From: the human T2T-CHM13v2.0 reference genome, Homo sapiens
DNA: 64,000 nucleotides
Direction: 5' to 3' (one strand)
NCBI RefSeq assembly: GCF_009914755.1
Contig: NC_060930.1
Each line of letters begins with the position of its first letter. Position 1 is the stretch's first letter. This document shows positions 27,301-42,300 of the stretch, in pieces. A program made the translations under genes and the position numbers. Under the pieces are notes generated by a model, which was not told where the DNA came from, searched no databases, and worked only from the letters and a program-made list of their open reading frames with translations.

Positions 27301-30300
27301 GGCCTATGGTAGAAAAGGGAATATCTTTCCATAAAAGGTAGACAGAAGCAATCTCAGAAACTACTTTGTGATGTGTGCATTCAACTCACCGAGTGCAACG
27401 TTCCTCTTGACCGAGCAGTTTGGAAACATTGTTTCTGTAGAATCTGCAAGTGGATATTTGGACCTCTTTGAGGCCTTCGTTGGAAACGGGATTTCTTCCT
27501 ATAAACCCAGACAGAAGAATTCTCAGAGACTTCTTTGTGATGTGTGAATTCAACTCACAGTGTGGATCCTTCCTTTTGATAGAGCAGTTTTGAAACCCTG
27601 TTTTTGTAGTATTTCCAAGCGGATATTCGGAACGCCTTGAAGCGTATGGTAGAAAAGGAAATATCTTCCCATAAAACCTAGACAGAACCAATCTCAGAAA
27701 CGACTTTGTGATGTCTGCATTCAAGTCACAGAGTTGAACATTTCTCTTGATAGAGCAGTTTTGAAACCCTCTTTCTGAAGGATCTGCAAGTGGATATTTG
27801 GAACTCCTTTGGGTCTTCGTTGGAAACGGGATTTCTTCGTATAAATCTAGACAGAAGAATTCTCCGAAACTTCTTTGGTTGTGTGCATTCAAGTCACAGA
27901 GTGGAACCTTCCTTTGGATAGAGCAGTTTGAAACGCCGTGGTTGTAGTATTTCCAAGCGGATATTAGAGCGCCTTGAGGCCTATGGTAGAAAAGGAAATA
28001 TCTTCCCATAAAACCTAGACGGAAGCAATCTCAGAAACTACTGTGTGATGGCTGCATTCCACACACACGGTGGAACATTTCTCTTGATAGAGCAGTTTTG
28101 AAACACTCTTTCTGTAGAATCTGCAAGTGGATAATTGGACCGCCTTGAGGCCTTCGTTGGAAACGGGATTTCTTCATGTTACTCTAGATAGAAGAATTCT
28201 CAAACACTGCTATGTGATGTTTGCATTCAAGTCACAGAGTGCAACATTCCTCTTGGTAGAGCAGTTGGGAAACACTCCTTTTGTAGAATCTGCAATGGGA
28301 TATTTGGACTTCTTTGAGGCCTTCGTTGGAAACGGGATTTCTTCGTATGAATCTAGACAGAAGAATTCTCAGAAACTTCCTTGTGATGTGTGCATTCAAC
28401 TCAGCGAGTGGCACCTTCCTTTGGATACAGCAGTTTTGAAACACTGTTTTTGTAGTATTTCCAAGCGGATATTTAGAGCGCCTTGAAGCCTATGCTAGAA
28501 ATGGAAATATCTCCCCATAAAACCAAGACAGAAGCAATCTCAGAAACTAATGTGTGATGGCTGCATTCCACACACACGGTGGACCATTTCTCTTGATAGA
28601 GCAGTTTTGAAACACTCTTTCTGTAGAATCTGCAAGTGGATAATTGGACCTCCTAGAGGCCTTCGTTGGAAACGGGATTTCTTCATCTAAACCTACAGAG
28701 AAGAATTCTCAGTAACTTCTTCGGATGTGTGCATTCGACGCACAGAATGGAACATTCCCTTTGATAGAGCAGTTTTGAGACACCGTTTTTGTAGAATTCC
28801 CAAGTGGATATTTAGAGCACTTTGAAGTCTCTGCTAGAAAAGGAAACATCTTCATGTAAAAAGTAGATAGAATCGTTCTCAGAAAGTGCTTAGTGACGTG
28901 TGCGTTCAACTCACAGAGTTTAACGTTTCTTTTGATAGAGCGTTTCTGAAACACCCTTCTTGTAGTAGCTGCAAGTGGATATTTGGACCTATTGGAGGCC
29001 TTCTTTGGAAATGGGATTTCTTCATGTAACTCTAGATTGAAGAGTTCTCAGAAACTCCTTTGTGATGTGTGCATTCAATTCAAAGAGTGAAACCTCCCTT
29101 TTCACAGAGCAGTTTTGAAACACTGTTTTTGTAGGATTTCCAAGGGGATATTTATAGCGCATTGAGCCTACGGCGGAAAAAGAAACATCTTCCTATAAAA
29201 ACTAGACAGAATACTTCTCAGAATCTGCTTTGCGATGTGTGCGTTCAACTCACAGAGTAAAACTTTTCTTTTGATAGAGCAGTTTTGAAACACTCTTTTT
29301 GTAGTATTTGCATGTGTATATTTAGAGCGCATTGAAGCCCACAGTAGAAAAGGAAATAACTTCACCTAAAACCTAGACAGAAGCAATCTCAGAAACTACT
29401 TTGTGATGTGTACATTCAACTCACAGAGTGGAACTTTCCTCTTTATAGAGCAGTGTTGAAACACTCTTTTTGTAGAAACTGCAAGTGGATATTTGGACCT
29501 CTTTGAGGCCTTCGTTGGAAACGGGATTTCTTCCTATAACCCTAGACAGAAGAATTTTCAGAAACCTCATTGTGATGTGTGCGTTCATCTCACAGAGTGG
29601 AGTCTTCCGTTTGATAGAGAAGTTTTGAAACCCTGTTCTTGTAGGATTTCCAAGTGGATATTTAGACCACTTTGAAGCCTATGATAGAAAAGGAAACATC
29701 TTCATGGAAAACATAGATAGAATCATCCTCAGAAACAACTTTGTGATGTGTGCGTTGAACTCACCGTCTTTAACCTTTCTTTTGGTAGAGAAGTTTTGAA
29801 ACACTCTCTTTGTAAAGTCTACAAGTGGATATTTTGAGCCCTTGGAGGCATTCTTTGGAAAAGGGAATGTCTTCACATAAAAGGCAGACGGAAGTGTTCT
29901 CAGAAACTGCTTTGTGATGTCTGTGTTCAACTCACAGAGTTTAACATTTCCTTTGATAGAGCGGTTTAGTAACCCTCTCTTTGTAGAATTTGGAAGTGTA
30001 TACTAAGAGCGCTTTGAGGCCTATGGTAGAAAAGGAAATATCTTTCCATAAAAGCTAGACAGAAGCAATCTCAGAAACTCCTTTGCGATGTCTGCATTCA
30101 ACTCACCGAGTGGAACATTCCTCTTGAGAGAGCAGTTTGGAAACACTCTTTCTGTAGAATCAGCTTGTTTGTATTTGGACCTCCTTGAGGCCTTCGTTGG
30201 AAACGGGTTTTCATCTTATAAACCCAGACAGAAGAATTCTCAGAGTCTTCTTTGTGATGTGTGCTTTCAACTCACCGAGATAAAGATTTCTCTTGATAGA

Positions 30301-33300
30301 GCAATTTGGAAACACTCTTTTTGTAGAATTTGCAAGGGTACATTGAGAGCGCTTTCAGGCCTATGGTAGAAAAGGGAATATCTTTCCATAAAAGGTAGAC
30401 AGAAGCAATCTCAGAAACTACTTTGTGATGTGTGCATTCAACTCACCGAGTGCAACGTTCCTCTTGACCGAGCAGTTTGGAAACATTGTTTCTGTAGAAT
30501 CTGCAAGTGGATATTTGGACCTCTTTGAGGCCTTCGTTGGAAACGGGATTTCTTCCTATAAACCCAGACAGAAGAATTCTCAGAGACTTCTTTGTGATGT
30601 GTGAATTCAACTCACAGTGTGGATCCTTCCTTTTGATAGAGCAGTTTTGAAACCCTGTTTTTGTAGTATTTCCAAGCGGATATTCGGAACGCCTTGAAGC
30701 GTATGGTAGAAAAGGAAATATCTTCCCATAAAACCTAGACAGAACCAATCTCAGAAACGACTTTGTGATGTCTGCATTCAAGTCACAGAGTTGAACATTT
30801 CTCTTGATAGAGCAGTTTTGAAACCCTCTTTCTGAAGGATCTGCAAGTGGATATTTGGAACTCCTTTGGGTCTTCGTTGGAAACGGGATTTCTTCGTATA
30901 AATCTAGACAGAAGAATTCTCCGAAACTTCTTTGGTTGTGTGCATTCAAGTCACAGAGTGGAACCTTCCTTTGGATAGAGCAGTTTGAAACGCCGTGGTT
31001 GTAGTATTTCCAAGCGGATATTAGAGCGCCTTGAGGCCTATGGTAGAAAAGGAAATATCTTCCCATAAAACCTAGACGGAAGCAATCTCAGAAACTACTG
31101 TGTGATGGCTGCATTCCACACACACGGTGGAACATTTCTCTTGATAGAGCAGTTTTGAAACACTCTTTCTGTAGAATCTGCAAGTGGATAATTGGACCGC
31201 CTTGAGGCCTTCGTTGGAAACGGGATTTCTTCATGTTACTCTAGATAGAAGAATTCTCAAACACTGCTATGTGATGTTTGCATTCAAGTCACAGAGTGCA
31301 ACATTCCTCTTGGTAGAGCAGTTGGGAAACACTCCTTTTGTAGAATCTGCAATGGGATATTTGGACTTCTTTGAGGCCTTCGTTGGAAACGGGATTTCTT
31401 CGTATGAATCTAGACAGAAGAATTCTCAGAAACTTCCTTGTGATGTGTGCATTCAACTCAGCGAGTGGCACCTTCCTTTGGATACAGCAGTTTTGAAACA
31501 CTGTTTTTGTAGTATTTCCAAGCGGATATTTAGAGCGCCTTGAAGCCTATGCTAGAAATGGAAATATCTCCCCATAAAACCAAGACAGAAGCAATCTCAG
31601 AAACTAATGTGTGATGGCTGCATTCCACACACACGGTGGACCATTTCTCTTGATAGAGCAGTTTTGAAACACTCTTTCTGTAGAATCTGCAAGTGGATAA
31701 TTGGACCTCCTAGAGGCCTTCGTTGGAAACGGGATTTCTTCATCTAAACCTACAGAGAAGAATTCTCAGTAACTTCTTCGGATGTGTGCATTCGACGCAC
31801 AGAATGGAACATTCCCTTTGATAGAGCAGTTTTGAGACACCGTTTTTGTAGAATTCCCAAGTGGATATTTAGAGCACTTTGAAGTCTCTGCTAGAAAAGG
31901 AAACATCTTCATGTAAAAAGTAGATAGAATCGTTCTCAGAAAGTGCTTAGTGACGTGTGCGTTCAACTCACAGAGTTTAACGTTTCTTTTGATAGAGCGT
32001 TTCTGAAACACCCTTCTTGTAGTAGCTGCAAGTGGATATTTGGACCTATTGGAGGCCTTCTTTGGAAATGGGATTTCTTCATGTAACTCTAGATTGAAGA
32101 GTTCTCAGAAACTCCTTTGTGATGTGTGCATTCAATTCAAAGAGTGAAACCTCCCTTTTCACAGAGCAGTTTTGAAACACTGTTTTTGTAGGATTTCCAA
32201 GGGGATATTTATAGCGCATTGAGCCTACGGCGGAAAAAGAAACATCTTCCTATAAAAACTAGACAGAATACTTCTCAGAATCTGCTTTGCGATGTGTGCG
32301 TTCAACTCACAGAGTAAAACTTTTCTTTTGATAGAGCAGTTTTGAAACACTCTTTTTGTAGTATTTGCATGTGTATATTTAGAGCGCATTGAAGCCCACA
32401 GTAGAAAAGGAAATAACTTCACCTAAAACCTAGACAGAAGCAATCTCAGAAACTACTTTGTGATGTGTACATTCAACTCACAGAGTGGAACTTTCCTCTT
32501 TATAGAGCAGTGTTGAAACACTCTTTTTGTAGAAACTGCAAGTGGATATTTGGACCTCTTTGAGGCCTTCGTTGGAAACGGGATTTCTTCCTATAACCCT
32601 AGACAGAAGAATTTTCAGAAACCTCATTGTGATGTGTGCGTTCATCTCACAGAGTGGAGTCTTCCGTTTGATAGAGAAGTTTTGAAACCCTGTTCTTGTA
32701 GGATTTCCAAGTGGATATTTAGACCACTTTGAAGCCTATGATAGAAAAGGAAACATCTTCATGGAAAACATAGATAGAATCATCCTCAGAAACAACTTTG
32801 TGATGTGTGCGTTGAACTCACCGTCTTTAACCTTTCTTTTGGTAGAGAAGTTTTGAAACACTCTCTTTGTAAAGTCTACAAGTGGATATTTTGAGCCCTT
32901 GGAGGCATTCTTTGGAAAAGGGAATGTCTTCACATAAAAGGCAGACGGAAGTGTTCTCAGAAACTGCTTTGTGATGTCTGTGTTCAACTCACAGAGTTTA
33001 ACATTTCCTTTGATAGAGCGGTTTAGTAACCCTCTCTTTGTAGAATTTGGAAGTGTATACTAAGAGCGCTTTGAGGCCTATGGTAGAAAAGGAAATATCT
33101 TTCCATAAAAGCTAGACAGAAGCAATCTCAGAAACTCCTTTGCGATGTCTGCATTCAACTCACCGAGTGGAACATTCCTCTTGAGAGAGCAGTTTGGAAA
33201 CACTCTTTCTGTAGAATCAGCTTGTTTGTATTTGGACCTCCTTGAGGCCTTCGTTGGAAACGGGTTTTCATCTTATAAACCCAGACAGAAGAATTCTCAG

Positions 33301-36300
33301 AGTCTTCTTTGTGATGTGTGCTTTCAACTCACCGAGATAAAGATTTCTCTTGATAGAGCAATTTGGAAACACTCTTTTTGTAGAATTTGCAAGGGTACAT
33401 TGAGAGCGCTTTCAGGCCTATGGTAGAAAAGGGAATATCTTTCCATAAAAGGTAGACAGAAGCAATCTCAGAAACTACTTTGTGATGTGTGCATTCAACT
33501 CACCGAGTGCAACGTTCCTCTTGACCGAGCAGTTTGGAAACATTGTTTCTGTAGAATCTGCAAGTGGATATTTGGACCTCTTTGAGGCCTTCGTTGGAAA
33601 CGGGATTTCTTCCTATAAACCCAGACAGAAGAATTCTCAGAGACTTCTTTGTGATGTGTGAATTCAACTCACAGTGTGGATCCTTCCTTTTGATAGAGCA
33701 GTTTTGAAACCCTGTTTTTGTAGTATTTCCAAGCGGATATTTGGAACGCCTTGAAGCGTGTGGTAGAAAAGGAAATATCTTCCCATAAAACCTAGACAGA
33801 ACCAATCTCAGAAACGACTTTGTGATGTCTGCATTCAAGTCACAGAGTTGAACATTTCTCTTGATAGAGCAGTTTTGAAACCCTCTTTCTGAAGGATCTG
33901 CAAGTGGATATTTGGAACTCCTTTGGGTCTTCGTTGGAAACGGGATTTCTTCGTATAAATCTAGACAGAAGAATTCTCCGAAACTTCTTTGGTTGTGTGC
34001 ATTCAAGTCACAGAGTGGAACCTTCCTTTGGATAGAGCAGTTTGAAACGCCGTGGTTGTAGTATTTCCAAGCGGATATTAGAGCGCCTTGAGGCCTATGG
34101 TAGAAAAGGAAATATCTTCCCATAAAACCTAGACGGAAGCAATCTCAGAAACTACTGTGTGATGGCTGCATTCCACACACACGGTGGAACATTTCTCTTG
34201 ATAGAGCAGTTTTGAAACACTCTTTCTGTAGAATCTGCAAGTGGATAATTGGACCGCCTTGAGGCCTTCGTTGGAAACGGGATTTCTTCATGTTACTCTA
34301 GATAGAAGAATTCTCAAACACTGCTATGTGATGTTTGCATTCAAGTCACAGAGTGCAACATTCCTCTTGGTAGAGCAGTTGGGAAACACTCCTTTTGTAG
34401 AATCTGCAATGGGATATTTGGACTTCTTTGAGGCCTTCGTTGGAAACGGGATTTCTTCGTATGAATCTAGACAGAAGAATTCTCAGAAACTTCCTTGTGA
34501 TGTGTGCATTCAACTCAGCGAGTGGCACCTTCCTTTGGATACAGCAGTTTTGAAACACTGTTTTTGTAGTATTTCCAAGCGGATATTTAGAGCGCCTTGA
34601 AGCCTATGCTAGAAATGGAAATATCTCCCCATAAAACCAAGACAGAAGCAATCTCAGAAACTAATGTGTGATGGCTGCATTCCACACACACGGTGGACCA
34701 TTTCTCTTGATAGAGCAGTTTTGAAACACTCTTTCTGTAGAATCTGCAAGTGGATAATTGGACCTCCTAGAGGCCTTCGTTGGAAACGGGATTTCTTCAT
34801 CTAAACCTACAGAGAAGAATTCTCAGTAACTTCTTCGGATGTGTGCATTCGACGCACAGAATGGAACATTCCCTTTGATAGAGCAGTTTTGAGACACCGT
34901 TTTTGTAGAATTCCCAAGTGGATATTTAGAGCACTTTGAAGTCTCTGCTAGAAAAGGAAACATCTTCATGTAAAAAGTAGATAGAATCGTTCTCAGAAAG
35001 TGCTTAGTGACGTGTGCGTTCAACTCACAGAGTTTAACGTTTCTTTTGATAGAGCGTTTCTGAAACACCCTTCTTGTAGTAGCTGCAAGTGGATATTTGG
35101 ACCTATTGGAGGCCTTCTTTGGAAATGGGATTTCTTCATGTAACTCTAGATTGAAGAGTTCTCAGAAACTCCTTTGTGATGTGTGCATTCAATTCAAAGA
35201 GTGAAACCTCCCTTTTCACAGAGCAGTTTTGAAACACTGTTTTTGTAGGATTTCCAAGGGGATATTTATAGCGCATTGAGCCTACGGCGGAAAAAGAAAC
35301 ATCTTCCTATAAAAACTAGACAGAATACTTCTCAGAATCTGCTTTGCGATGTGTGCGTTCAACTCACAGAGTAAAACTTTTCTTTTGATAGAGCAGTTTT
35401 GAAACACTCTTTTTGTAGTATTTGCATGTGTATATTTAGAGCGCATTGAAGCCCACAGTAGAAAAGGAAATAACTTCACCTAAAACCTAGACAGAAGCAA
35501 TCTCAGAAACTACTTTGTGATGTGTACATTCAACTCACAGAGTGGAACTTTCCTCTTTATAGAGCAGTGTTGAAACACTCTTTTTGTAGAAACTGCAAGT
35601 GGATATTTGGACCTCTTTGAGGCCTTCGTTGGAAACGGGATTTCTTCCTATAACCCTAGACAGAAGAATTTTCAGAAACCTCATTGTGATGTGTGCGTTC
35701 ATCTCACAGAGTGGAGTCTTCCGTTTGATAGAGAAGTTTTGAAACCCTGTTCTTGTAGGATTTCCAAGTGGATATTTAGACCACTTTGAAGCCTATGATA
35801 GAAAAGGAAACATCTTCATGGAAAACATAGATAGAATCATCCTCAGAAACAACTTTGTGATGTGTGCGTTGAACTCACCGTCTTTAACCTTTCTTTTGGT
35901 AGAGAAGTTTTGAAACACTCTCTTTGTAAAGTCTACAAGTGGATATTTTGAGCCCTTGGAGGCATTCTTTGGAAAAGGGAATGTCTTCACATAAAAGGCA
36001 GACGGAAGTGTTCTCAGAAACTGCTTTGTGATGTCTGTGTTCAACTCACAGAGTTTAACATTTCCTTTGATAGAGCGGTTTAGTAACCCTCTCTTTGTAG
36101 AATTTGGAAGTGTATACTAAGAGCGCTTTGAGGCCTATGGTAGAAAAGGAAATATCTTTCCATAAAAGCTAGACAGAAGCAATCTCAGAAACTCCTTTGC
36201 GATGTCTGCATTCAACTCACCGAGTGGAACATTCCTCTTGAGAGAGCAGTTTGGAAACACTCTTTCTGTAGAATCAGCTTGTTTGTATTTGGACCTCCTT

Positions 36301-39300
36301 GAGGCCTTCGTTGGAAACGGGTTTTCATCTTATAAACCCAGACAGAAGAATTCTCAGAGTCTTCTTTGTGATGTGTGCTTTCAACTCACCGAGATAAAGA
36401 TTTCTCTTGATAGAGCAATTTGGAAACACTCTTTTTGTAGAATTTGCAAGGGTACATTGAGAGCGCTTTCAGGCCTATGGTAGAAAAGGGAATATCTTTC
36501 CATAAAAGGTAGACAGAAGCAATCTCAGAAACTACTTTGTGATGTGTGCATTCAACTCACCGAGTGCAACGTTCCTCTTGACTGAGCAGTTTGGAAACAT
36601 TGTTTCTGTAGAATCTGCAAGTGGATATTTGGACCTCTTTGAGGCCTTCGTTGGAAACGGGATTTCTTCCTATAAACCCAGACAGAAGAATTCTCAGAGA
36701 CTTCTTTGTGATGTGTGAATTCAACTCACAGTGTGGATCCTTCCTTTTGATAGAGCAGTTTTGAAACCCTGTTTTTGTAGTATTTCCAAGCGGATATTTG
36801 GAACGCCTTGAAGCGTATGGTAGAAAAGGAAATATCTTCCCATAAAACCTAGACAGAACCAATCTCAGAAACGACTTTGTGATGTCTGCATTCAAGTCAC
36901 AGAGTTGAACATTTCTCTTGATAGAGCAGTTTTGAAACCCTCTTTCTGAAGGATCTGCAAGTGGATATTTGGAACTCCTTTGGGTCTTCGTTGGAAACGG
37001 GATTTCTTCGTATAAATCTAGACAGAAGAATTCTCCGAAACTTCTTTGGTTGTGTGCATTCAAGTCACAGAGTGGAACCTTCCTTTGGATAGAGCAGTTT
37101 GAAACGCCGTGGTTGTAGTATTTCCAAGCGGATATTAGAGCGCCTTGAGGCCTATGGTAGAAAAGGAAATATCTTCCCATAAAACCTAGACGGAAGCAAT
37201 CTCAGAAACTACTGTGTGATGGCTGCATTCCACACACACGGTGGAACATTTCTCTTGATAGAGCAGTTTTGAAACACTCTTTCTGTAGAATCTGCAAGTG
37301 GATAATTGGACCGCCTTGAGGCCTTCGTTGGAAACGGGATTTCTTCATGTTACTCTAGATAGAAGAATTCTCAAACACTGCTATGTGATGTTTGCATTCA
37401 AGTCACAGAGTGCAACATTCCTCTTGGTAGAGCAGTTGGGAAACACTCCTTTTGTAGAATCTGCAATGGGATATTTGGACTTCTTTGAGGCCTTCGTTGG
37501 AAACGGGATTTCTTCGTATGAATCTAGACAGAAGAATTCTCAGAAACTTCCTTGTGATGTGTGCATTCAACTCAGCGAGTGGCACCTTCCTTTGGATACA
37601 GCAGTTTTGAAACACTGTTTTTGTAGTATTTCCAAGCGGATATTTAGAGCGCCTTGAAGCCTATGCTAGAAATGGAAATATCTCCCCATAAAACCAAGAC
37701 AGAAGCAATCTCAGAAACTAATGTGTGATGGCTGCATTCCACACACACGGTGGACCATTTCTCTTGATAGAGCAGTTTTGAAACACTCTTTCTGTAGAAT
37801 CTGCAAGTGGATAATTGGACCTCCTAGAGGCCTTCGTTGGAAACGGGATTTCTTCATCTAAACCTACAGAGAAGAATTCTCAGTAACTTCTTCGGATGTG
37901 TGCATTCGACGCACAGAATGGAACATTCCCTTTGATAGAGCAGTTTTGAGACACCGTTTTTGTAGAATTCCCAAGTGGATATTTAGAGCACTTTGAAGTC
38001 TCTGCTAGAAAAGGAAACATCTTCATGTAAAAAGTAGATAGAATCGTTCTCAGAAAGTGCTTAGTGACGTGTGCGTTCAACTCACAGAGTTTAACATTTC
38101 TTTTGATAGAGCGTTTCTGAAACACCCTTCTTGTAGTAGCTGCAAGTGGATATTTGGACCTATTGGAGGCCTTCTTTGGAAATGGGATTTCTTCATGTAA
38201 CTCTAGATTGAAGAGTTCTCAGAAACTCCTTTGTGATGTGTGCATTCAATTCAAAGAGTGAAACCTCCCTTTTCACAGAGCAGTTTTGAAACACTGTTTT
38301 TGTAGGATTTCCAAGGGGATATTTATAGCGCATTGAGCCTACGGCGGAAAAAGAAACATCTTCCTATAAAAACTAGACAGAATACTTCTCAGAATCTGCT
38401 TTGCGATGTGTGCGTTCAACTCACAGAGTAAAACTTTTCTTTTGATAGAGCAGTTTTGAAACACTCTTTTTGTAGTATTTGCATGTGTATATTTAGAGCG
38501 CATTGAAGCCCACAGTAGAAAAGGAAATAACTTCACCTAAAACCTAGACAGAAGCAATCTCAGAAACTACTTTGTGATGTGTACATTCAACTCACAGAGT
38601 GGAACTTTCCTCTTTATAGAGCAGTGTTGAAACACTCTTTTTGTAGAAACTGCAAGTGGATATTTGGACCTCTTTGAGGCCTTCGTTGGAAACGGGATTT
38701 CTTCCTATAACCCTAGACAGAAGAATTTTCAGAAACCTCATTGTGATGTGTGCGTTCATCTCACAGAGTGGAGTCTTCCGTTTGATAGAGAAGTTTTGAA
38801 ACCCTGTTCTTGTAGGATTTCCAAGTGGATATTTAGACCACTTTGAAGCCTATGATAGAAAAGGAAACATCTTCATGGAAAACATAGATAGAATCATCCT
38901 CAGAAACAACTTTGTGATGTGTGCGTTGAACTCACCGTCTTTAACCTTTCTTTTGGTAGAGAAGTTTTGAAACACTCTCTTTGTAAAGTCTACAAGTGGA
39001 TATTTTGAGCCCTTGGAGGCATTCTTTGGAAAAGGGAATGTCTTCACATAAAAGGCAGACGGAAGTGTTCTCAGAAACTGCTTTGTGATGTCTGTGTTCA
39101 ACTCACAGAGTTTAACATTTCCTTTGATAGAGCGGTTTAGTAACCCTCTCTTTGTAGAATTTGGAAGTGTATACTAAGAGCGCTTTGAGGCCTATGGTAG
39201 AAAAGGAAATATCTTTCCATAAAAGCTAGACAGAAGCAATCTCAGAAACTCCTTTGCGATGTCTGCATTCAACTCACCGAGTGGAACATTCCTCTTGAGA

Positions 39301-42300
39301 GAGCAGTTTGGAAACACTCTTTCTGTAGAATCAGCTTGTTTGTATTTGGACCTCCTTGAGGCCTTCGTTGGAAACGGGTTTTCATCTTATAAACCCAGAC
39401 AGAAGAATTCTCAGAGTCTTCTTTGTGATGTGTGCTTTCAACTCACCGAGATAAAGATTTCTCTTGATAGAGCAATTTGGAAACACTCTTTTTGTAGAAT
39501 TTGCAAGGGTACATTGAGAGCGCTTTCAGGCCTATGGTAGAAAAGGGAATATCTTTCCATAAAAGGTAGACAGAAGCAATCTCAGAAACTACTTTGTGAT
39601 GTGTGCATTCAACTCACCGAGTGCAACGTTCCTCTTGACCGAGCAGTTTGGAAACATTGTTTCTGTAGAATCTGCAAGTGGATATTTGGACCTCTTTGAG
39701 GCCTTCGTTGGAAACGGGATTTCTTCCTATAAACCCAGACAGAAGAATTCTCAGAGACTTCTTTGTGATGTGTGAATTCAACTCACAGTGTGGATCCTTC
39801 CTTTTGATAGAGCAGTTTTGAAACCCTGTTTTTGTAGTATTTCCAAGCGGATATTCGGAACGCCTTGAAGCGTATGGTAGAAAAGGAAATATCTTCCCAT
39901 AAAACCTAGACAGAACCAATCTCAGAAACGACTTTGTGATGTCTGCATTCAAGTCACAGAGTTGAACATTTCTCTTGATAGAGCAGTTTTGAAACCCTCT
40001 TTCTGAAGGATCTGCAAGTGGATATTTGGAACTCCTTTGGGTCTTCGTTGGAAACGGGATTTCTTCGTATAAATCTAGACAGAAGAATTCTCCGAAACTT
40101 CTTTGGTTGTGTGCATTCAAGTCACAGAGTGGAACCTTCCTTTGGATAGAGCAGTTTGAAACGCCGTGGTTGTAGTATTTCCAAGCGGATATTAGAGCGC
40201 CTTGAGGCCTATGGTAGAAAAGGAAATATCTTCCCATAAAACCTAGACGGAAGCAATCTCAGAAACTACTGTGTGATGGCTGCATTCCACACACACGGTG
40301 GAACATTTCTCTTGATAGAGCAGTTTTGAAACACTCTTTCTGTAGAATCTGCAAGTGGATAATTGGACCGCCTTGAGGCCTTCGTTGGAAACGGGATTTC
40401 TTCATGTTACTCTAGATAGAAGAATTCTCAAACACTGCTATGTGATGTTTGCATTCAAGTCACAGAGTGCAACATTCCTCTTGGTAGAGCAGTTGGGAAA
40501 CACTCCTTTTGTAGAATCTGCAATGGGATATTTGGACTTCTTTGAGGCCTTCGTTGGAAACGGGATTTCTTCGTATGAATCTAGACAGAAGAATTCTCAG
40601 AAACTTCCTTGTGATGTGTGCATTCAACTCAGCGAGTGGCACCTTCCTTTGGATACAGCAGTTTTGAAACACTGTTTTTGTAGTATTTCCAAGCGGATAT
40701 TTAGAGCGCCTTGAAGCCTATGCTAGAAATGGAAATATCTCCCCATAAAACCAAGACAGAAGCAATCTCAGAAACTAATGTGTGATGGCTGCATTCCACA
40801 CACACGGTGGACCATTTCTCTTGATAGAGCAGTTTTGAAACACTCTTTCTGTAGAATCTGCAAGTGGATAATTGGACCTCCTAGAGGCCTTCGTTGGAAA
40901 CGGGATTTCTTCATCTAAACCTACAGAGAAGAATTCTCAGTAACTTCTTCGGATGTGTGCATTCGATGCACAGAATGGAACATTCCCTTTGATAGAGCAG
41001 TTTTGAGACACCGTTTTTGTAGAATTCCCAAGTGGATATTTAGAGCACTTTGAAGTCTCTGCTAGAAAAGGAAACATCTTCATGTAAAAAGTAGATAGAA
41101 TCGTTCTCAGAAAGTGCTTAGTGACGTGTGCGTTCAACTCACAGAGTTTAACGTTTCTTTTGATAGAGCGTTTCTGAAACACCCTTCTTGTAGTAGCTGC
41201 AAGTGGATATTTGGACCTATTGGAGGCCTTCTTTGGAAATGGGATTTCTTCATGTAACTCTAGATTGAAGAGTTCTCAGAAACTCCTTTGTGATGTGTGC
41301 ATTCAATTCAAAGAGTGAAACCTCCCTTTTCACAGAGCAGTTTTGAAACACTGTTTTTGTAGGATTTCCAAGGGGATATTTATAGCGCATTGAGCCTACG
41401 GCGGAAAAAGAAACATCTTCCTATAAAAACTAGACAGAATACTTCTCAGAATCTGCTTTGCGATGTGTGCGTTCAACTCACAGAGTAAAACTTTTCTTTT
41501 GATAGAGCAGTTTTGAAACACTCTTTTTGTAGTATTTGCATGTGTATATTTAGAGCGCATTGAAGCCCACAGTAGAAAAGGAAATAACTTCACCTAAAAC
41601 CTAGACAGAAGCAATCTCAGAAACTACTTTGTGATGTGTACATTCAACTCACAGAGTGGAACTTTCCTCTTTATAGAGCAGTGTTGAAACACTCTTTTTG
41701 TAGAAACTGCAAGTGGATATTTGGACCTCTTTGAGGCCTTCGTTGGAAACGGGATTTCTTCCTATAACCCTAGACAGAAGAATTTTCAGAAACCTCATTG
41801 TGATGTGTGCGTTCATCTCACAGAGTGGAGTCTTCCGTTTGATAGAGAAGTTTTGAAACCCTGTTCTTGTAGGATTTCCAAGTGGATATTTAGACCACTT
41901 TGAAGCCTATGATAGAAAAGGAAACATCTTCATGGAAAACATAGATAGAATCATCCTCAGAAACAACTTTGTGATGTGTGCGTTGAACTCACCGTCTTTA
42001 ACCTTTCTTTTGGTAGAGAAGTTTTGAAACACTCTCTTTGTAAAGTCTACAAGTGGATATTTTGAGCCCTTGGAGGCATTCTTTGGAAAAGGGAATGTCT
42101 TCACATAAAAGGCAGACGGAAGTGTTCTCAGAAACTGCTTTGTGATGTCTGTGTTCAACTCACAGAGTTTAACATTTCCTTTGATAGAGCGGTTTAGTAA
42201 CCCTCTCTTTGTAGAATTTGGAAGTGTATACTAAGAGCGCTTTGAGGCCTATGGTAGAAAAGGAAATATCTTTCCATAAAAGCTAGACAGAAGCAATCTC